From a virus (lineage: Duplodnaviria > Caudoviricetes), in the IMG/VR virus record IMGVR_UViG_3300047297_000146, positions 1,835 to 65,834 of that record: a DNA stretch of 64,000 nucleotides; one strand, given 5' to 3'. Under the pieces are notes generated by a model. That model did not search any database, was not told the origin of the DNA, and worked only from the letters and a program-made list of their open reading frames with translations. Each line of letters starts with the position of its first letter. Positions within the stretch are counted from its first letter, which is position 1. Shown piece after piece: positions 48,601-58,400 of the stretch. Both the position numbers and the translations under genes were made by a program.

Positions 48601-51600
48601 CGCTTATAACTCCATAAGCTAAATGGTTAATCGAACTAGATAACTGCAGAAGACGCTTGATTGTAGTAGTTGTATTTTCAAGATTGCCTTCAAATGCTGG
48701 ATGCTTCCCAAGGAAGTTACCAATCATGTTATTCAAACGCTCTTCACTCATACGTCCTTTTTTACGTATAAATGTGTTGATCATGTTTACAGCAGACAAC
48801 ATGATTTGAAATTCACCTTGAGCGCGTCCAATACGTCGAGGGCTAGAACTAAAGAATGTCTCACCACCAACTGGTCGATCGGAATCATAACCACCGATTA
48901 AAATATCTACAAGGTCATTAAGATCAGCGTTATGTGCAATAGAAGATAGATGACCAATAGTCATCAAGCTCATGTCATCAGATGACTTAGTAAGTTCTGT
49001 TGACAGTGCACGATTAACTATAAATTCAAAATCACCAGCGGACTCAGGATTTTTAGTCAACCATTCACGCATACTGCCAACTACATTTTGAACAACGCCA
49101 GTGTCATCTAGGTTGTCAAGAATGTGCTGATGTAAAACGGCAGGTAACTCCACCGCAGTTGCATCCATAATGGCTGGAATTAATCGTACGGGCTGTGTGT
49201 CACCTGTGTTTTTAGCCGATAACCAGAATGCGTATTTAAAAATATTACCGAGTGGATCATCACTAGGACGTACTGTTGCTGGGTCAAAGCCACTAATACG
49301 TTCTGACTGACGCAACTCATTTAATAAGAACTCAGTATTAGCTCGCTGTACTTTTAATTCTGGGTGATCAAATATCATGACTGCCGTGTCAGCAGGATTA
49401 TCAAGTGGAACAGCAACTCCGTGGTCACTGGACTTGGTTACGATTACATATTTGCGAGAAGAAGATTCTCCACGCCAAGGATTGGACGTATCAATTGTAA
49501 CGATGTCACCAACATCACGAGTAAATGCATTTGCAGTTAGTAATGCCTCGTGCAAGAAACTCCGTGCATCTGTTGGTACGCCTTCACGGCTAAACATATC
49601 TACTTGATCTGGCGATAATCTAATTTCAAATGGATAGGTTTCACCAGATTCCATGTCTGGTAAATGAATTACCAAACGACCATTTACGCTGTCAAAGTCT
49701 GTTTCAAATGGATTAACGATCTCCTGTTCGACGGCTAAGCTTGATACTTGATCAGCTGGAAGAACAAAATAATCCCCATCGGAGGATTGGAGTACTGCGA
49801 ATCCATTTACTTTGTCAATTACGCGAGCCTGTATGTCAGCGTTTACATCAGGAATATCAAAGCTAAATCGATTATCACCTACGGTCCTACCATAACGTCT
49901 TGCTGGTGCTGGTAGTGACTCACTGTCCCGTATTCTTTTAGCAGTTTCGGCAAGTGTATTTAATTCGTTTTGTAATTCTGTCCTACCTGCTTCACCAGCT
50001 TTACGAGCTTCATCTACTAAGGTGTCAACCGAGAAACGGGCTAAATTACCAGCACCATCCTTAAGTATGATTCCATCTCGTGAAAAACCAAATGGGACCA
50101 TATCAACGCCATTGATGACTACGCTATTCTCGCGCATTCCTACAACAGAACGGTGTAGCTCACGGCGCTCAGGAGTAATCTCCAAGGTTTCCGAACGTGG
50201 TTGCCTATTAGGGCGTAGCATTTCTATATCGCTATACTCACCAGCAGGAATAATTTTTTGCGATGTAAAGTCACGGTTGTATACCAACATGGTGCCATCA
50301 CCGCGATCTATTCCGTAAAAACTTGCATCAGCTTTAACTGGCTTGTTACCAGACTTCATAGCGTCAAACATTTTTTGATACTCAGGCAGCAGTGCCTTTG
50401 CTAATTCATTAATGCGTCGCCGTTTGGAGAATAAATCATTTTTATAATTCTCCGCCATTTCAATATTGTTTAATGGGTTGTCATCATTAATATCAATACG
50501 TTCATTATCAGCTCGTACATTCTCAAGGAGATTGTCGTAACGCGATCTAACATCAGCACCAATAGAATCTGGTTGGTCTACATATGCCTTGACATGTTCG
50601 TCAGTTGTTCTGTGAACTGCAACGCCATCTGGTAAAGTTTCCATTCTAGATAGCACATCTAAATTAGACTGATTCTCTCTTGCAATTGCACTAGCAACAC
50701 GCCTAAGGTCAGCCTCATTAGGCTTTACATCTGGTCCACGCAACTGTTCAAAACGTTTGCGTAGGTTTGTAATTTCAGGAGTATTGGCATTAACTATGTC
50801 GGCAGCTGATGCTAACGCCATTGTCTTTGGTTCAAGTCGCTCAAGTGGGTTACCACGGAATATCCATTGAGCATTTTTACCGGGTCGGCTGGCAACAAGT
50901 CCCATTAATGTATCAACAAGCAACTCTTCAGGCTTGGGTGTTAGATACGGTTTTGACTTATCAAGTCGCGTTTGCGAATAGACTAATCTACCAATGTCAC
51001 CAAGTGGTTGAGTTAAAGCAAATCCTAAGTCAGCTGCAGCAGCCTTGCCAAGTTCTGTTTCTACAGTAGCAGCAATACCAGTTTTAGCTGCAACAAAAGG
51101 ATTACGAGTTTCTTTTAAAGAACCACGGAATGCAAACATGCCTTTAGCTGCATTATCCTTAACGTCGCGCCACATTTCCTTAGCGCCACCACTAGCCATT
51201 CCAAGTAATGCAGCTTTTTGTGCAGCTTGACCATAAACGTTATTTGGGTCAAATTCTTGTTGGCCAATAGCTTGGGATTCAGTAATGCCACGTTGCTGCA
51301 TAGACCTAATTGGGTCCATGGCTGTTTCAATACCAGACACAATATCTTCAGACAGACCTGACTTACCACCAGTAAGTTGATCTCGAAACGCAGTAATCGT
51401 AGGAGGTGCTGCCACAGCTGCAGCAATACCACCGTATCGACCTACGTTAGAAGCCTGTGTGCCAAATGGCGCAAGCATGCGACCACCAAGAGACGCAGAT
51501 GCATTAAGTAAACCCAAGCTAGTATATAAAGCTGGTATTGCAGTAGTAGCTTCTTGCCCAAGAACAGAACCAATTTGAAAGTTAGGACTTGTCTGTGCGG

Positions 51601-52462
51601 GTGCAAGTGCCATATTTGCAGTTTGATACCACGGCGTTTCAGTGGTTAATGCTGCTGCATCAGCCTCGGCTTCCTCTGGTGTACGGCCATATAGCCTTGA
51701 CATTCCATATCTTGTACGGTTACTAATACCAGACATAAGATTAGGGATTGCTGTTTCTACACCAGCCTCAATACCCTCAGCGGCTTTTCCTACTCGTCCA
51801 AAAAATGTATTTTCGTCAAAGGTTGGATTGTATCCAAAGTCTTTTGCTACACGTAATGGTTTTGCTGCAAAGATACCTAACCCAACTGCAGCTAGGTCAG
51901 GCATTGCACCCTTAGGCGCGTCTTCAATTAATCCTTTCTGCCTTGATACATTAGCTCGAATTGTTTCATTGGGGTTAGTTGGATCATATTGCCATGAACC
52001 ATCTGGGTTGTAACGAATTAAATCTGAATGTTTTAAAGTATCTTGCACAGCACCAATGTTGCCCGGTGCACCAGATTGACCAAGTCTAGTAAACGGAACT
52101 GGTTTTCCACCCATAGTAACTGGTGCGGATAAAGCCTTACGAAACTTAGTAACATTATCAAAAATAAAACTTGCCTGTGATTGAGTAAGTAAACCTTGCT
52201 GTAATCCATACCTAGCTACGTCCGTAACTTGACTACTTACAACACGTGAGTCACCAGATTCAATAGCTTTAGCAATAGGCTCGTAATTGTTTTTTAACCA
52301 GTCTGCTTTTTCTTGTTTGTTGTCATATCCGATTCTTGATGTAGGCCTTGTGACAGTTACACCACCACCTCCCGGCTTTGGCACAACACCAGCTTCCGCA
52401 TATCTTTTTCGCCAATACGAATCACTAAGGCTACGATTACGGTTTTGGTTTGTTTGTGGCAT
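39668..52462 (-). CDS. Giant 4264-aa putative internal virion/ejection (large polyvalent-type) protein
   Basis: Single ORF with AGGAG RBS; last of three ejection-like genes after the nozzle; HEVSH zincin-like motif. Confidence 0.7.
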   Translation of the reverse strand: MPQTNQNRNRSLSDSYWRKRYAEAGVVPKPGGGGVTVTRPTSRIGYDNKQEKADWLKNNYEPIAKAIESGDSRVVSSQVTDVARYGLQQGLLTQSQASFIFDNVTKFRKALSAPVTMGGKPVPFTRLGQSGAPGNIGAVQDTLKHSDLIRYNPDGSWQYDPTNPNETIRANVSRQKGLIEDAPKGAMPDLAAVGLGIFAAKPLRVAKDFGYNPTFDENTFFGRVGKAAEGIEAGVETAIPNLMSGISNRTRYGMSRLYGRTPEEAEADAAALTTETPWYQTANMALAPAQTSPNFQIGSVLGQEATTAIPALYTSLGLLNASASLGGRMLAPFGTQASNVGRYGGIAAAVAAPPTITAFRDQLTGGKSGLSEDIVSGIETAMDPIRSMQQRGITESQAIGQQEFDPNNVYGQAAQKAALLGMASGGAKEMWRDVKDNAAKGMFAFRGSLKETRNPFVAAKTGIAATVETELGKAAAADLGFALTQPLGDIGRLVYSQTRLDKSKPYLTPKPEELLVDTLMGLVASRPGKNAQWIFRGNPLERLEPKTMALASAADIVNANTPEITNLRKRFEQLRGPDVKPNEADLRRVASAIARENQSNLDVLSRMETLPDGVAVHRTTDEHVKAYVDQPDSIGADVRSRYDNLLENVRADNERIDINDDNPLNNIEMAENYKNDLFSKRRRINELAKALLPEYQKMFDAMKSGNKPVKADASFYGIDRGDGTMLVYNRDFTSQKIIPAGEYSDIEMLRPNRQPRSETLEITPERRELHRSVVGMRENSVVINGVDMVPFGFSRDGIILKDGAGNLARFSVDTLVDEARKAGEAGRTELQNELNTLAETAKRIRDSESLPAPARRYGRTVGDNRFSFDIPDVNADIQARVIDKVNGFAVLQSSDGDYFVLPADQVSSLAVEQEIVNPFETDFDSVNGRLVIHLPDMESGETYPFEIRLSPDQVDMFSREGVPTDARSFLHEALLTANAFTRDVGDIVTIDTSNPWRGESSSRKYVIVTKSSDHGVAVPLDNPADTAVMIFDHPELKVQRANTEFLLNELRQSERISGFDPATVRPSDDPLGNIFKYAFWLSAKNTGDTQPVRLIPAIMDATAVELPAVLHQHILDNLDDTGVVQNVVGSMREWLTKNPESAGDFEFIVNRALSTELTKSSDDMSLMTIGHLSSIAHNADLNDLVDILIGGYDSDRPVGGETFFSSSPRRIGRAQGEFQIMLSAVNMINTFIRKKGRMSEERLNNMIGNFLGKHPAFEGNLENTTTTIKRLLQLSSSINHLAYGVISEKGAIWMMEKLSVLPHEVQVLSALLPFEGVSGVYAADFSNWHTSKTAYESSIARAKELYAEAATRGEVGIEDLRTSMYDAKLGYFFEIASGGNEIVSRRANVNITDASAVDVIRANAQRANNAVGEMIKRVATAKLAVLTKRLQDNQSSPDLSVPVRLDEIATSAMLAAPDGVLHPEQMYDQQGITAAADNLPAMMEIVGNVRTFMDDVDTNSVLPGVTVNSVEDALVGTHQLQTAQLAHEERQQLNAALDAFASLPEQARDVVAALSSPLLWFVDVVKAVERSGDNNIRESLIFALLNAQGNDGASLIPFTLNRLFRTQEDFNKFNDHATILASKLNSGDPQRLTSIRGAMDQLLKLVDTLVSKNDDPLEPTVGLLDDAMDYYRSQQIQPAHIKTFIEFASKELITSLIKNSIRVSPDAAADVLGSINNYVASNRERIRRAGVFIGERSSIAEAMQIVESGSTDGLKYLGVTFDGSRRRLIQDSVQSLINNMNARRIEGSSIKQAEMLLQDAQTMASEIADFVLGDKGLEIGQDPAVAYTPAVEVQSASLIDALRQGMQFVRTGDSPQTQPLLMAGNRAGLEKIILTTLLDAASKAELDYADVDKALMEAVVGPDIARRYFERVKQEDYVKRKVVFEKNPVMRAAVIPGVDGQYTLPSGTAKTEIMEGQALFNNYVTKMLNLIKPRDKQKFMDALSNYVDTKRTESGNQQFVFTMSDLMSIAEGFNETRGVLFRSSADASEFSFGVTNKDSHNAAYKVKSRIASIVRDVTQPTDQNRFNLSDQFTNLGDSVSFIDNFEAVDIYQQLPDDVVTMNDAEALATLYTQMSKDATYTDRQQAQFSSLAKNYRAMSRRKDDSPSKIINRYSDARVVASNLAKVYDTYAARMSTKKISTDLEYNYDIDEYKALASLLGVDMLTMSKVLESTSVKQIFTEEVLGNDQQRQLIALRAAQLKQDFYNQHHKLFFAHESMMSEMGYSRVQSGNDVNGFITRTKIANAASSILFMAASKNFGKSALTMAHEVSHHLYFALPDTQQLKWLKAVMPPLGRKKDEKVSPEEELVHAFINKQTTRLNEFSRLDDQNNFRMQTIEDFAATQGGFNEQQIYNAKMIIGEMTATSMMNFILQSGVVHNPNDRLSVAEDLTSSLVNLQRVLAPIAKTLSSEYGPYAMVGGKPTNVFYYSPSSVLVKTPSAMGVNRMFYPLKHGSFVHFINDVGKKFSTATNVVDIHDVIMSNKNLISDGGRDALVKVLDNVIKDRDVVNEVADKLVALSKMRDSSGNKFEYGKQYRLSINGNENFVKQDTNTANEQGYPVTGQVVGIARERVTAGMDVNPFKVNGKDWFISSRKKSDGTQWYGLSIVDMANGLRRMMQSQTRGDYGYVVESTAQIRLHTLYEGKDVDLGENKIAKLDVPVRYVVGHNYIDSSRNFHMVGSGDAGNPAFMSVLYNMLAKIDQNVLNIAGQRTYEYELRVNDALAEAMRTGDYTKWDKVVSAPLAMSLDKDIANIVARTPIADIRAVQQTGTHPWLRNQSHSRNLYRWARNIKDDGRRSTALSLIDRVTEAHAYTVGNSMAGDSRLSFTERLGNVIRAGKGWYSFVPFSADKLAKNGIAPIANAVFEQSFRSFEDLQKFYQELVTAREELFSDPAATSLISVMNKTTALVPVGEAGAVNPRSFLINIDGVSVDASVYFDQVFGLHVEDFNQAFTQFYSQWIGTQLSGWIGESSGLVEGTTRNLSQRLAELHADLRGETTEPGLVPVGAPPTAGGENAYNRSGLSKTFVRSGKEISVDTVLRQLAGQYATPQQFEQAIRAYANQSDIKLQFSAQTGLKVVPHAVLDHVASKIFTNEAEMIRFMSALVGDVGDGVTPPDVVRARNLFNTVEHMVRTDAKVRNAALRNWKSYELVTTDANKSEVIIRSPDRDIAADETGASKSGALYRVNMQTGKTHLVAQSRRFDSQSNKWVESYENIQDVDDFLKYNWTRKPNDTPRKDPYAFDKKPNATSINAKQLFGFDGVEKVNDALVALAGERAASYGYLSGEPIYFMLPISVAEISELNAPIFDPDVPTPNTGMHVIKGEYDSKEAKWSFVDTSDNWQNADNYRTQMPIGLMDMVLNPFERSSAMTVVEEKRQGIIDNRMLQEEYHVAKLLLAQDRNTDNPKHAEFNKVGHKMLFNNESDLMQDASTGTWFSSSPRYFDGNPDNIPELRKQSALHVNDSEDPYVESTKGALDDLAIDAKERAYRVPETVTYHRDPKTKGGMLQSGGKDNLVLQVSSDIYDKLVLDPLKGTPYETSVKDGEAITLDGKDNDVYFSMSPKVNEAAYNVNKYVLSPLQQIFRGVLGLDLSSFAIQLGSLLARAPYQTFKALALSAPSLVTFSSADLGLVLGSLWHGSRQQRRLAGGNQWTDSAMNLDSRYYDFIMNHTVDRFNARHSMGTPISMSELIDTYYMQSSYSDWYRRSKANMLASPGRYKSIIDTPWESERENVFTAGVLGATVPLWRRAEMTRQLILDLSMLQQALFTVKRARERQLDPNNVDLKDYEIDRDIKARISLVAKEIGIGSHAKSKTQAPIWRSLSSVFNYFMTAPSYTRNFNQYYGFSGPGTAAKKSINEWARVATDKGPWWLKGDVFDIESDLRMEQYGTEWATRQRKADIGKSLATWAIVGAITATANFYRHQRERPDEEEDKTGWLDVMSKRLGYVELNDNWTVQLPVLGRLAQNIKPLAEAFSQENYGPIEKTEAALNGLAKQLIKNKIHNGGQFIISNLTGKSFKGLPTFERDSGLKVAVENDVRAPFYFHPTGYLFPQQSRLAMDTMTLAHQRSYYEDLLKLAMFSEAAKQNMSIDQMIRSGNVPNQLRVSKEQANELWWKATVPKLLGFNVMYEPKGYRMVNREPVQVGNSSMTFGRFAYMIKDWYDYPNIFEMMRKEPQNIFTGWDVKDPSNATFGIAASESQAREKEKQKIRLPLNNVTRALMQYNGGGNNE

Positions 52463-52481
52463 GAATAACTCCTACTATATT

Positions 52482-54230
52482 TTACGGCGTTGGACGGCGG
52501 GCACCACCCGGCATTGTAATTGAGTCAAACCCACCTCTTATACCATCTCCACCTTGTATACCATAAGCAGCATTAGGATCTGGCGCTGGAGCTTGTGTGC
52601 CTCCACTTTGCGCATCTAAACCGGGTGGTATTTGCCCATCAGGCGTTATATTAATAGATGCAAAAGCTCTAAGAGATCTGGCTACACGAATATTATCTGC
52701 TACGCCAGTTTTGACAAATGATGTCAAGGCACTGTTTAAAGCCCCCTTTACATCCTGATAACGTTTGATTGTGGCAAGTGTAAACTGTTTATCAGCACTA
52801 TCTTTTGCATTCTTTATTTTGTCAATAAACGCTGGTAATAAAGCTCCCTTAGAATCAAAAGCATTCATACCCCTAAGTGCGTCAGATAATTTAGTTAATT
52901 CACCAGACGCTTTAGTATATGCATCAGTCCAAACATTTACTAATGGCACAGTAGTACTAGCTAATGCAGCTTTTAAAGCAGTATCACTTTGCTTGATGCC
53001 AAGCTGTTTATTCATATTTGCTATTGCCATTTGCACATCAAGCTTAAGTGCTTCTGAAGAAGTGTTTTCAAATTTCATCAAAGCATCTTGTTGCTTTTCA
53101 GTTGCTTTAAAGTTTGTGGCTAATGCTGCAACTGCACGTCTTTTAATACTCGGATCGGCAATGTTTAATTCTCCAGTTTTTGGATCAAAATCTTTATCCG
53201 TAAAAGTACCTATTGTGTTCCAAACAGTTTTTGCATCGTAACCTAAACCCTTTGCTGCTTTCATATCTGTTAGAAATCCGGGTAACGCTTTTTCTGCAAG
53301 TTTTGTTGTATTTAATCTAGCAGGTACATTTCCACCAACAATTTTTCCTTTTACTAATTTTCCCGGAGTGTAGTCCACAAAACTGGATTCAGGTGTAAGT
53401 GCCATCGGATTTAATCTTTGAGAAACCATATTTAATATTTGTTGGAAACGCTCAGGATTATCAGCTGGACTAGGTGCTTTCATGTCTGGACTTACGCTTT
53501 GAATATAAGAATCCAACTGGTCATCTGTAATACTTGCTGGTACATTTAAAGCCGATCTTACTGCTGTTGTTATTGCTGCTCGATCACCGAATAGCGACGA
53601 AAGACTTGCCATACTGTTAATGTCGCCAGTTGCACCACGCAGTATTGCAGCGTTAGTATTGTATTCCTTAAATGCTAATGCTCTATCTGGACCAGTAGCT
53701 TGTGGATTATTTAAAATAGATTGTGCTGTTTTTAATCCAGCTGCTGCACCTTGATACCGAGCCTTTGCTTTATCCAGAAAATTAAACTGGTTTCCTTGAA
53801 CTGTCTGCTCAGCAAGTTTTATGTTGGTCGGTAAAGTTTTTTCTGCAAGTTCTGTTGCTGCAGTCTGCTGCCTTTTAAGTAGCGGATTAACTTCGTCAAG
53901 TTGAAATAAGCTTTGACGATTTCCTAACTTCTGACCTTCAACTCCAATCTTGGCAGACTCAAGTTGAAACGGAGACATCTTTTCTGTAAGGTCAACCCGC
54001 GCGGTTAAATCACGCAGTTGAAGTGGATTAATAGCCTTCTTTTGCCCTAAATCAACACCGGCTCCTTCAAGCGCAATCTTTTCCATTGCACGTTGTTGCG
54101 CAAGGTTTTCATTTTCAATACGTTGTTGTCGCTCCATTTGAGCTAGTTGCAACTTTTGTTGTGCGGATTGTTGCATCCCTTGCAACATTGATCCAATGCC
54201 AGCAGTAAGTGCAGATGAATTAAAAGCCAT
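52482..54230 (-). CDS. Putative ejection (pilot) protein
   Basis: Q-rich helical N-terminus; position analogous to P22 gp20 / T7 gp15. Confidence 0.5.
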   Translation of the reverse strand: MAFNSSALTAGIGSMLQGMQQSAQQKLQLAQMERQQRIENENLAQQRAMEKIALEGAGVDLGQKKAINPLQLRDLTARVDLTEKMSPFQLESAKIGVEGQKLGNRQSLFQLDEVNPLLKRQQTAATELAEKTLPTNIKLAEQTVQGNQFNFLDKAKARYQGAAAGLKTAQSILNNPQATGPDRALAFKEYNTNAAILRGATGDINSMASLSSLFGDRAAITTAVRSALNVPASITDDQLDSYIQSVSPDMKAPSPADNPERFQQILNMVSQRLNPMALTPESSFVDYTPGKLVKGKIVGGNVPARLNTTKLAEKALPGFLTDMKAAKGLGYDAKTVWNTIGTFTDKDFDPKTGELNIADPSIKRRAVAALATNFKATEKQQDALMKFENTSSEALKLDVQMAIANMNKQLGIKQSDTALKAALASTTVPLVNVWTDAYTKASGELTKLSDALRGMNAFDSKGALLPAFIDKIKNAKDSADKQFTLATIKRYQDVKGALNSALTSFVKTGVADNIRVARSLRAFASINITPDGQIPPGLDAQSGGTQAPAPDPNAAYGIQGGDGIRGGFDSITMPGGARRPTP

Positions 54231-54242
54231 GTTAGTCTCCTG

Positions 54243-54956
54243 TTACTTAGTCTTTTTAGCTAATGCTCGCATATTATTAGCGTTCTCCATCTGGAATGGA
54301 AGACCCGTTAAGAATGATGTAAAGTTAGCGTGTTCTGCACGAGCTGCATCGTCAGCCGCTTGATACTGTGCTCCAATACCAGCCTGATCCTGCATGCCCT
54401 GTGAATACAAGTTTGTTGCGCCTTGTATACCTCCCTGCATCATGTTGGTTCCAGCACCAGCCATTTGATTAGCCATGCCAGTTGCAGCAGCATATCGCTG
54501 TGGAGCATTGGCTTCATAGTTAGCACCAAACTGTGCAATGTTTCCAGCTTGTGCAGCATTAATACTATTTTGTGTACCTTGCATTAGCCCAGCCTGTGCT
54601 GGTCCATATAACCCAGACTGAGACCCACGCATCTGCGCAGCAGACATTTGTGCATCACCCTGATTCTGCAAGATTGCATTAGTAGCACCAGTGCCTTTGA
54701 ATACATCTGTTTGTGTTAAAGGCTTATATGCTGCTTCAATACCCATTGCTGCAGACTTCTGGGCTAACGGCATAAACTGATTTTGTTGCGCTTGTCCCTG
54801 CTTCATCATGTTGTCAAAGTATGGAATGTAACCCATCTTCGACCGAGCATATGACTCCTGCATGCCAAGTGTCCTACTGCGACGTGGTTTAAACAGACCA
54901 CCTGCAAGTTGACCAACACCCTGCATAATCATCGAACCAGTTATTGGATCTATCAT
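54243..54956 (-). CDS. Putative ejection (pilot) protein
   Basis: MIDPIT..GVGQLAGGLF start, Gly/Ala/Gln-rich; position analogous to P22 gp7 / T7 gp14. Confidence 0.55.
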   Translation of the reverse strand: MIDPITGSMIMQGVGQLAGGLFKPRRSRTLGMQESYARSKMGYIPYFDNMMKQGQAQQNQFMPLAQKSAAMGIEAAYKPLTQTDVFKGTGATNAILQNQGDAQMSAAQMRGSQSGLYGPAQAGLMQGTQNSINAAQAGNIAQFGANYEANAPQRYAAATGMANQMAGAGTNMMQGGIQGATNLYSQGMQDQAGIGAQYQAADDAARAEHANFTSFLTGLPFQMENANNMRALAKKTK

Positions 54957-54957
54957 T

Positions 54958-55413
54958 TTAAACTGACCTCGCCATCATAACTACCCATCGTCCTTGACCT
55001 GCACTATCTACTATAGCCAAGACGCGACATGTTTCCCATTGCTCGTTTAAGCCAACCCAAGCTGCATTAAACGAAACTATATCTGCACCACTTGCTGCAA
55101 ATGTAACTGCATTAACCGATGTGTCTGTTTTAATTACATCAATTGATCGCCCATAGCACGATGATGCCATAGGTAAAGTTAACACAATGCCAGCTGTTGT
55201 TGCATCACATATCATAACGCATGGTGCAAGAGGAACCTCAAATGATGTTGATGTGTAATACAACGCACCGTACGCTGGTTGATACGGCACTGGGTCAAGT
55301 CCACGTAAATTTGATTGACGTATGGCAGCAGACGATTTACCTCTCCCAGATAATTGGTCTGGCTGTCCATATCGTCCGTCTGTGGGATATGTAAGTGGAG
55401 CAATGATTGGCAT
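54958..55413 (-). CDS. Small structural protein
   Basis: CDAT...LTLP.A...GR.I.VIKTD fibre-associated pattern. Confidence 0.5.
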   Translation of the reverse strand: MPIIAPLTYPTDGRYGQPDQLSGRGKSSAAIRQSNLRGLDPVPYQPAYGALYYTSTSFEVPLAPCVMICDATTAGIVLTLPMASSCYGRSIDVIKTDTSVNAVTFAASGADIVSFNAAWVGLNEQWETCRVLAIVDSAGQGRWVVMMARSV

Positions 55414-55415
55414 AA

Positions 55416-58400
55416 TTACGCTCTTGGTGTATTACCTTCCGTAGTTGTTGCATGGAAACTAAATAACTTCCAAGCAGTACTTGTTGTTCCACTAATAGTA
55501 ATAGTAAATGTTTGCCTGTCAGCAGATCGTTGAATATGTCTTTGAGACACGACGCTTTCTTTGCTTGCTGGCCATAAATACGAACCAGTACTAGAAATTC
55601 CATTCATTCCAGTTAATGACCAGTTAGTCAGAACAGGTGTTGCAGAATCGTTACTTAGATGAAAATTTAAACTGTGTAACTTATTCGCTGAGTAGTACAT
55701 GTTGCCCTCTGCTGCGGACTGTCCGTATTCACGCGAAACTAAGCTCCATGTAATACCTGTGCTAACTCTACTCGATGCTCCATAGATGACGTCTGAATAC
55801 CCCTCTAACCTAAATAGTTTTCCGTTACGACTTCCAACGTATAACTCTTGCGTGTCATCTGCAGTCTCTACAGAAACCATAGACGTATATGAAACTGGGT
55901 TTGTCCAGTTAACCCATCCACCAATACGTGTGTCGTACACATACATGCGAGTACAGGTAGAACCAGCCGCCTCACCAGCAACAGGAGCTAATACATGTAT
56001 ACGCCTATCATGCACACATAATTCAGACTGCGCGTATGCAGCTGCATTTATATACGAACCAGACGAAAGCGGTCCGTAATCTTGACTGCGGATATTCAAT
56101 ACACCTTCTAGTGGTAAGCCGATGGGCTCTAACTGCATTCCAGTTAACTGCATGATGCCAGATGATGTTAGATATACAATTCTGCCATTAACAATACATG
56201 CACCACGCTTTGCTAACAATCCTGTCCCCTCGCCTTGCAGGAATCCTTGACTTGCAAACGTTGAAGGATTATCTCCCGTAAGGAGATAAGTAGATCGTTC
56301 ACGCAAAATTGCCAACGCAGCAGACGTACTGTTTTCACGAATAAGGCCATCGCCACCAATTGGCACCATATCCATTATCTGCTCTTCATCAGTCCTAGAC
56401 GAAATACTAAAACTAGTACCTTTAGTTTTCATCATTGCGTCATTGAAATCTGGGACATTAGTCGTGTAGATTCCATACTCGTTTGCAGGATCTAATAACC
56501 AGCTCGTGTAAATAGTGTTATTGACAGATACAAACAAACGGCTATTGAATACAGCAATAGCAGTACATCCCGTAGGAAATGAATCACGTCCACGCCGTAA
56601 TCTATATCCACGTGTACCGATACCATTGTCAAACAACAATCCAGAGTCTTGCACTTGATCAGTAAATGTAATCTCGTTAGTGGCTACATCTGAAAACGAT
56701 GACGTTGCGCCATTCCATTTAGTGCCGTCAACATATGAGGTACCTGTGTCTAAGTCAATGATTGCAATGAGCCTACCAACATCGTCTCCAGTTAAAACAT
56801 TTTTACGATATAGCAAGCCGTATTTATATACGCAGTTACCGCCGCCAATACGTCGCAAGTCTCCTGCATATAACTTTAACGTCACTTGGTTAACGGCAGC
56901 AGTTATCGTTACATCAGCACTAAACTGTGTAGGTGTAGTTTCAAAGCCATCACCAGTTGGTAGTTCTGGAGTCGTGGCCCATGCTGCCACACCGGCTGCT
57001 GCCGTAGGTGAAGAAGGTAATGTGTATGGTCTCCATAGCGACAACGCATATGAGTATTTACTTGAAGGAGTTAGTGCACCTTGTTTAGTAATCTCGCCAA
57101 ACGAAATACACCATTCGTTATTGCGTAATGTCGGCAAGTCGTAGTCAAGTTTAAAATATAGATAACGAACCGATGTTCTAAATGCCTGAGATACAGGGAA
57201 TAACTGAAACGTCAAGTAACCCTTGTCTTTGTCATACGAACACTGACCAGTCCATTCAGTCTTATTGCCAACTCGAAAACCTAAACTGAATGGCGGTATA
57301 GACGAATTAATAACTTCCGAGAATGCTGCTCTAATACTTAAACTTTCAGTTTCAGTAAATGAATAGTTTGCGCCTAAGTCTATCTTTATATATTCACCTT
57401 CTAGATAACGTGCGTATGTATCAACTGGTGACGTAGCTTCAAATGTAGTGTTGTCTTGCTTACCCATTAACTTAGCTAAGCCAGTAGGGTCATCCTGCGG
57501 ATCAGATAATGCAAGCGCACTATTAATAGCATACAGAGACGTGTCTTCAATTAACACGTAACTTCCACCACCTCTATCAAAAGCTGTGCTCAGCCTAATT
57601 TGTATGCCAGTCATGATGTTGGCATACTCTCTAAAGTCTACAAAAACTTCAAATCTTTGCCAGTCACTTGAGTTACGAGCAGCAGATGGCCTAGCGTTGT
57701 AATAGACCTCAGCTCCATCAATGCGTTGATTAGATGCAAATGCTGAGTTGTCCGTAGTCTTATATGCATTTACCCTAATGTCAATCGTGTTGGCACTAAC
57801 AAAATTCGTAAGGTCATCTTCATTCCATATGTAGCATGTAAATACATACAAGCCAGCATTTTTTATAACCTTAAAAGTACTGGATGAAACAGCTGTAAAT
57901 ACAAATGGACCAGACAACAATGTGCTATCTGTAGTTACAGTAAATGTTGTAGTGTTTACTATAGTTCTAACATAGTAAATTGCAGTTACAGATACTCCAC
58001 CAGTAGTTGCTTGAAACTGAATCTTTTGACCAATTGATAAACCATGTGACGTTGTAGTTACTACGTTTGATAATGCTCCTGCTAAAACACTAAACGTAAA
58101 TGGTTCACTATCAGATACTAAATTAATAGTTCGCACATCAATATCTTGGGTTAAGAAGTCTTGTATCTGATCAATTTTAATACAACGCTTTCCTGTTGTT
58201 CCATCCCTAGTAGAGATATAGTTCTGTGGATTTTTAGCTGTTGTTGCAAACTTGTTTGTAGCTCCAGATGTAATATTTTGCACATCTGTAGTGTTGTAGT
58301 TCCATCTATTAAAACCACTGTTTACATTTAACTCAAAACTTGGGTCACCAATTTGATTTACCCATGCAGCGCTTGGAAGCGAACTAAATCCACTTGTTAG

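Noticed and set aside
9825-52462. Virion RNA polymerase (N4/crAss-like) in either giant ORF
   Set aside because: No DxDGD or T7-like polymerase motif found by eye.
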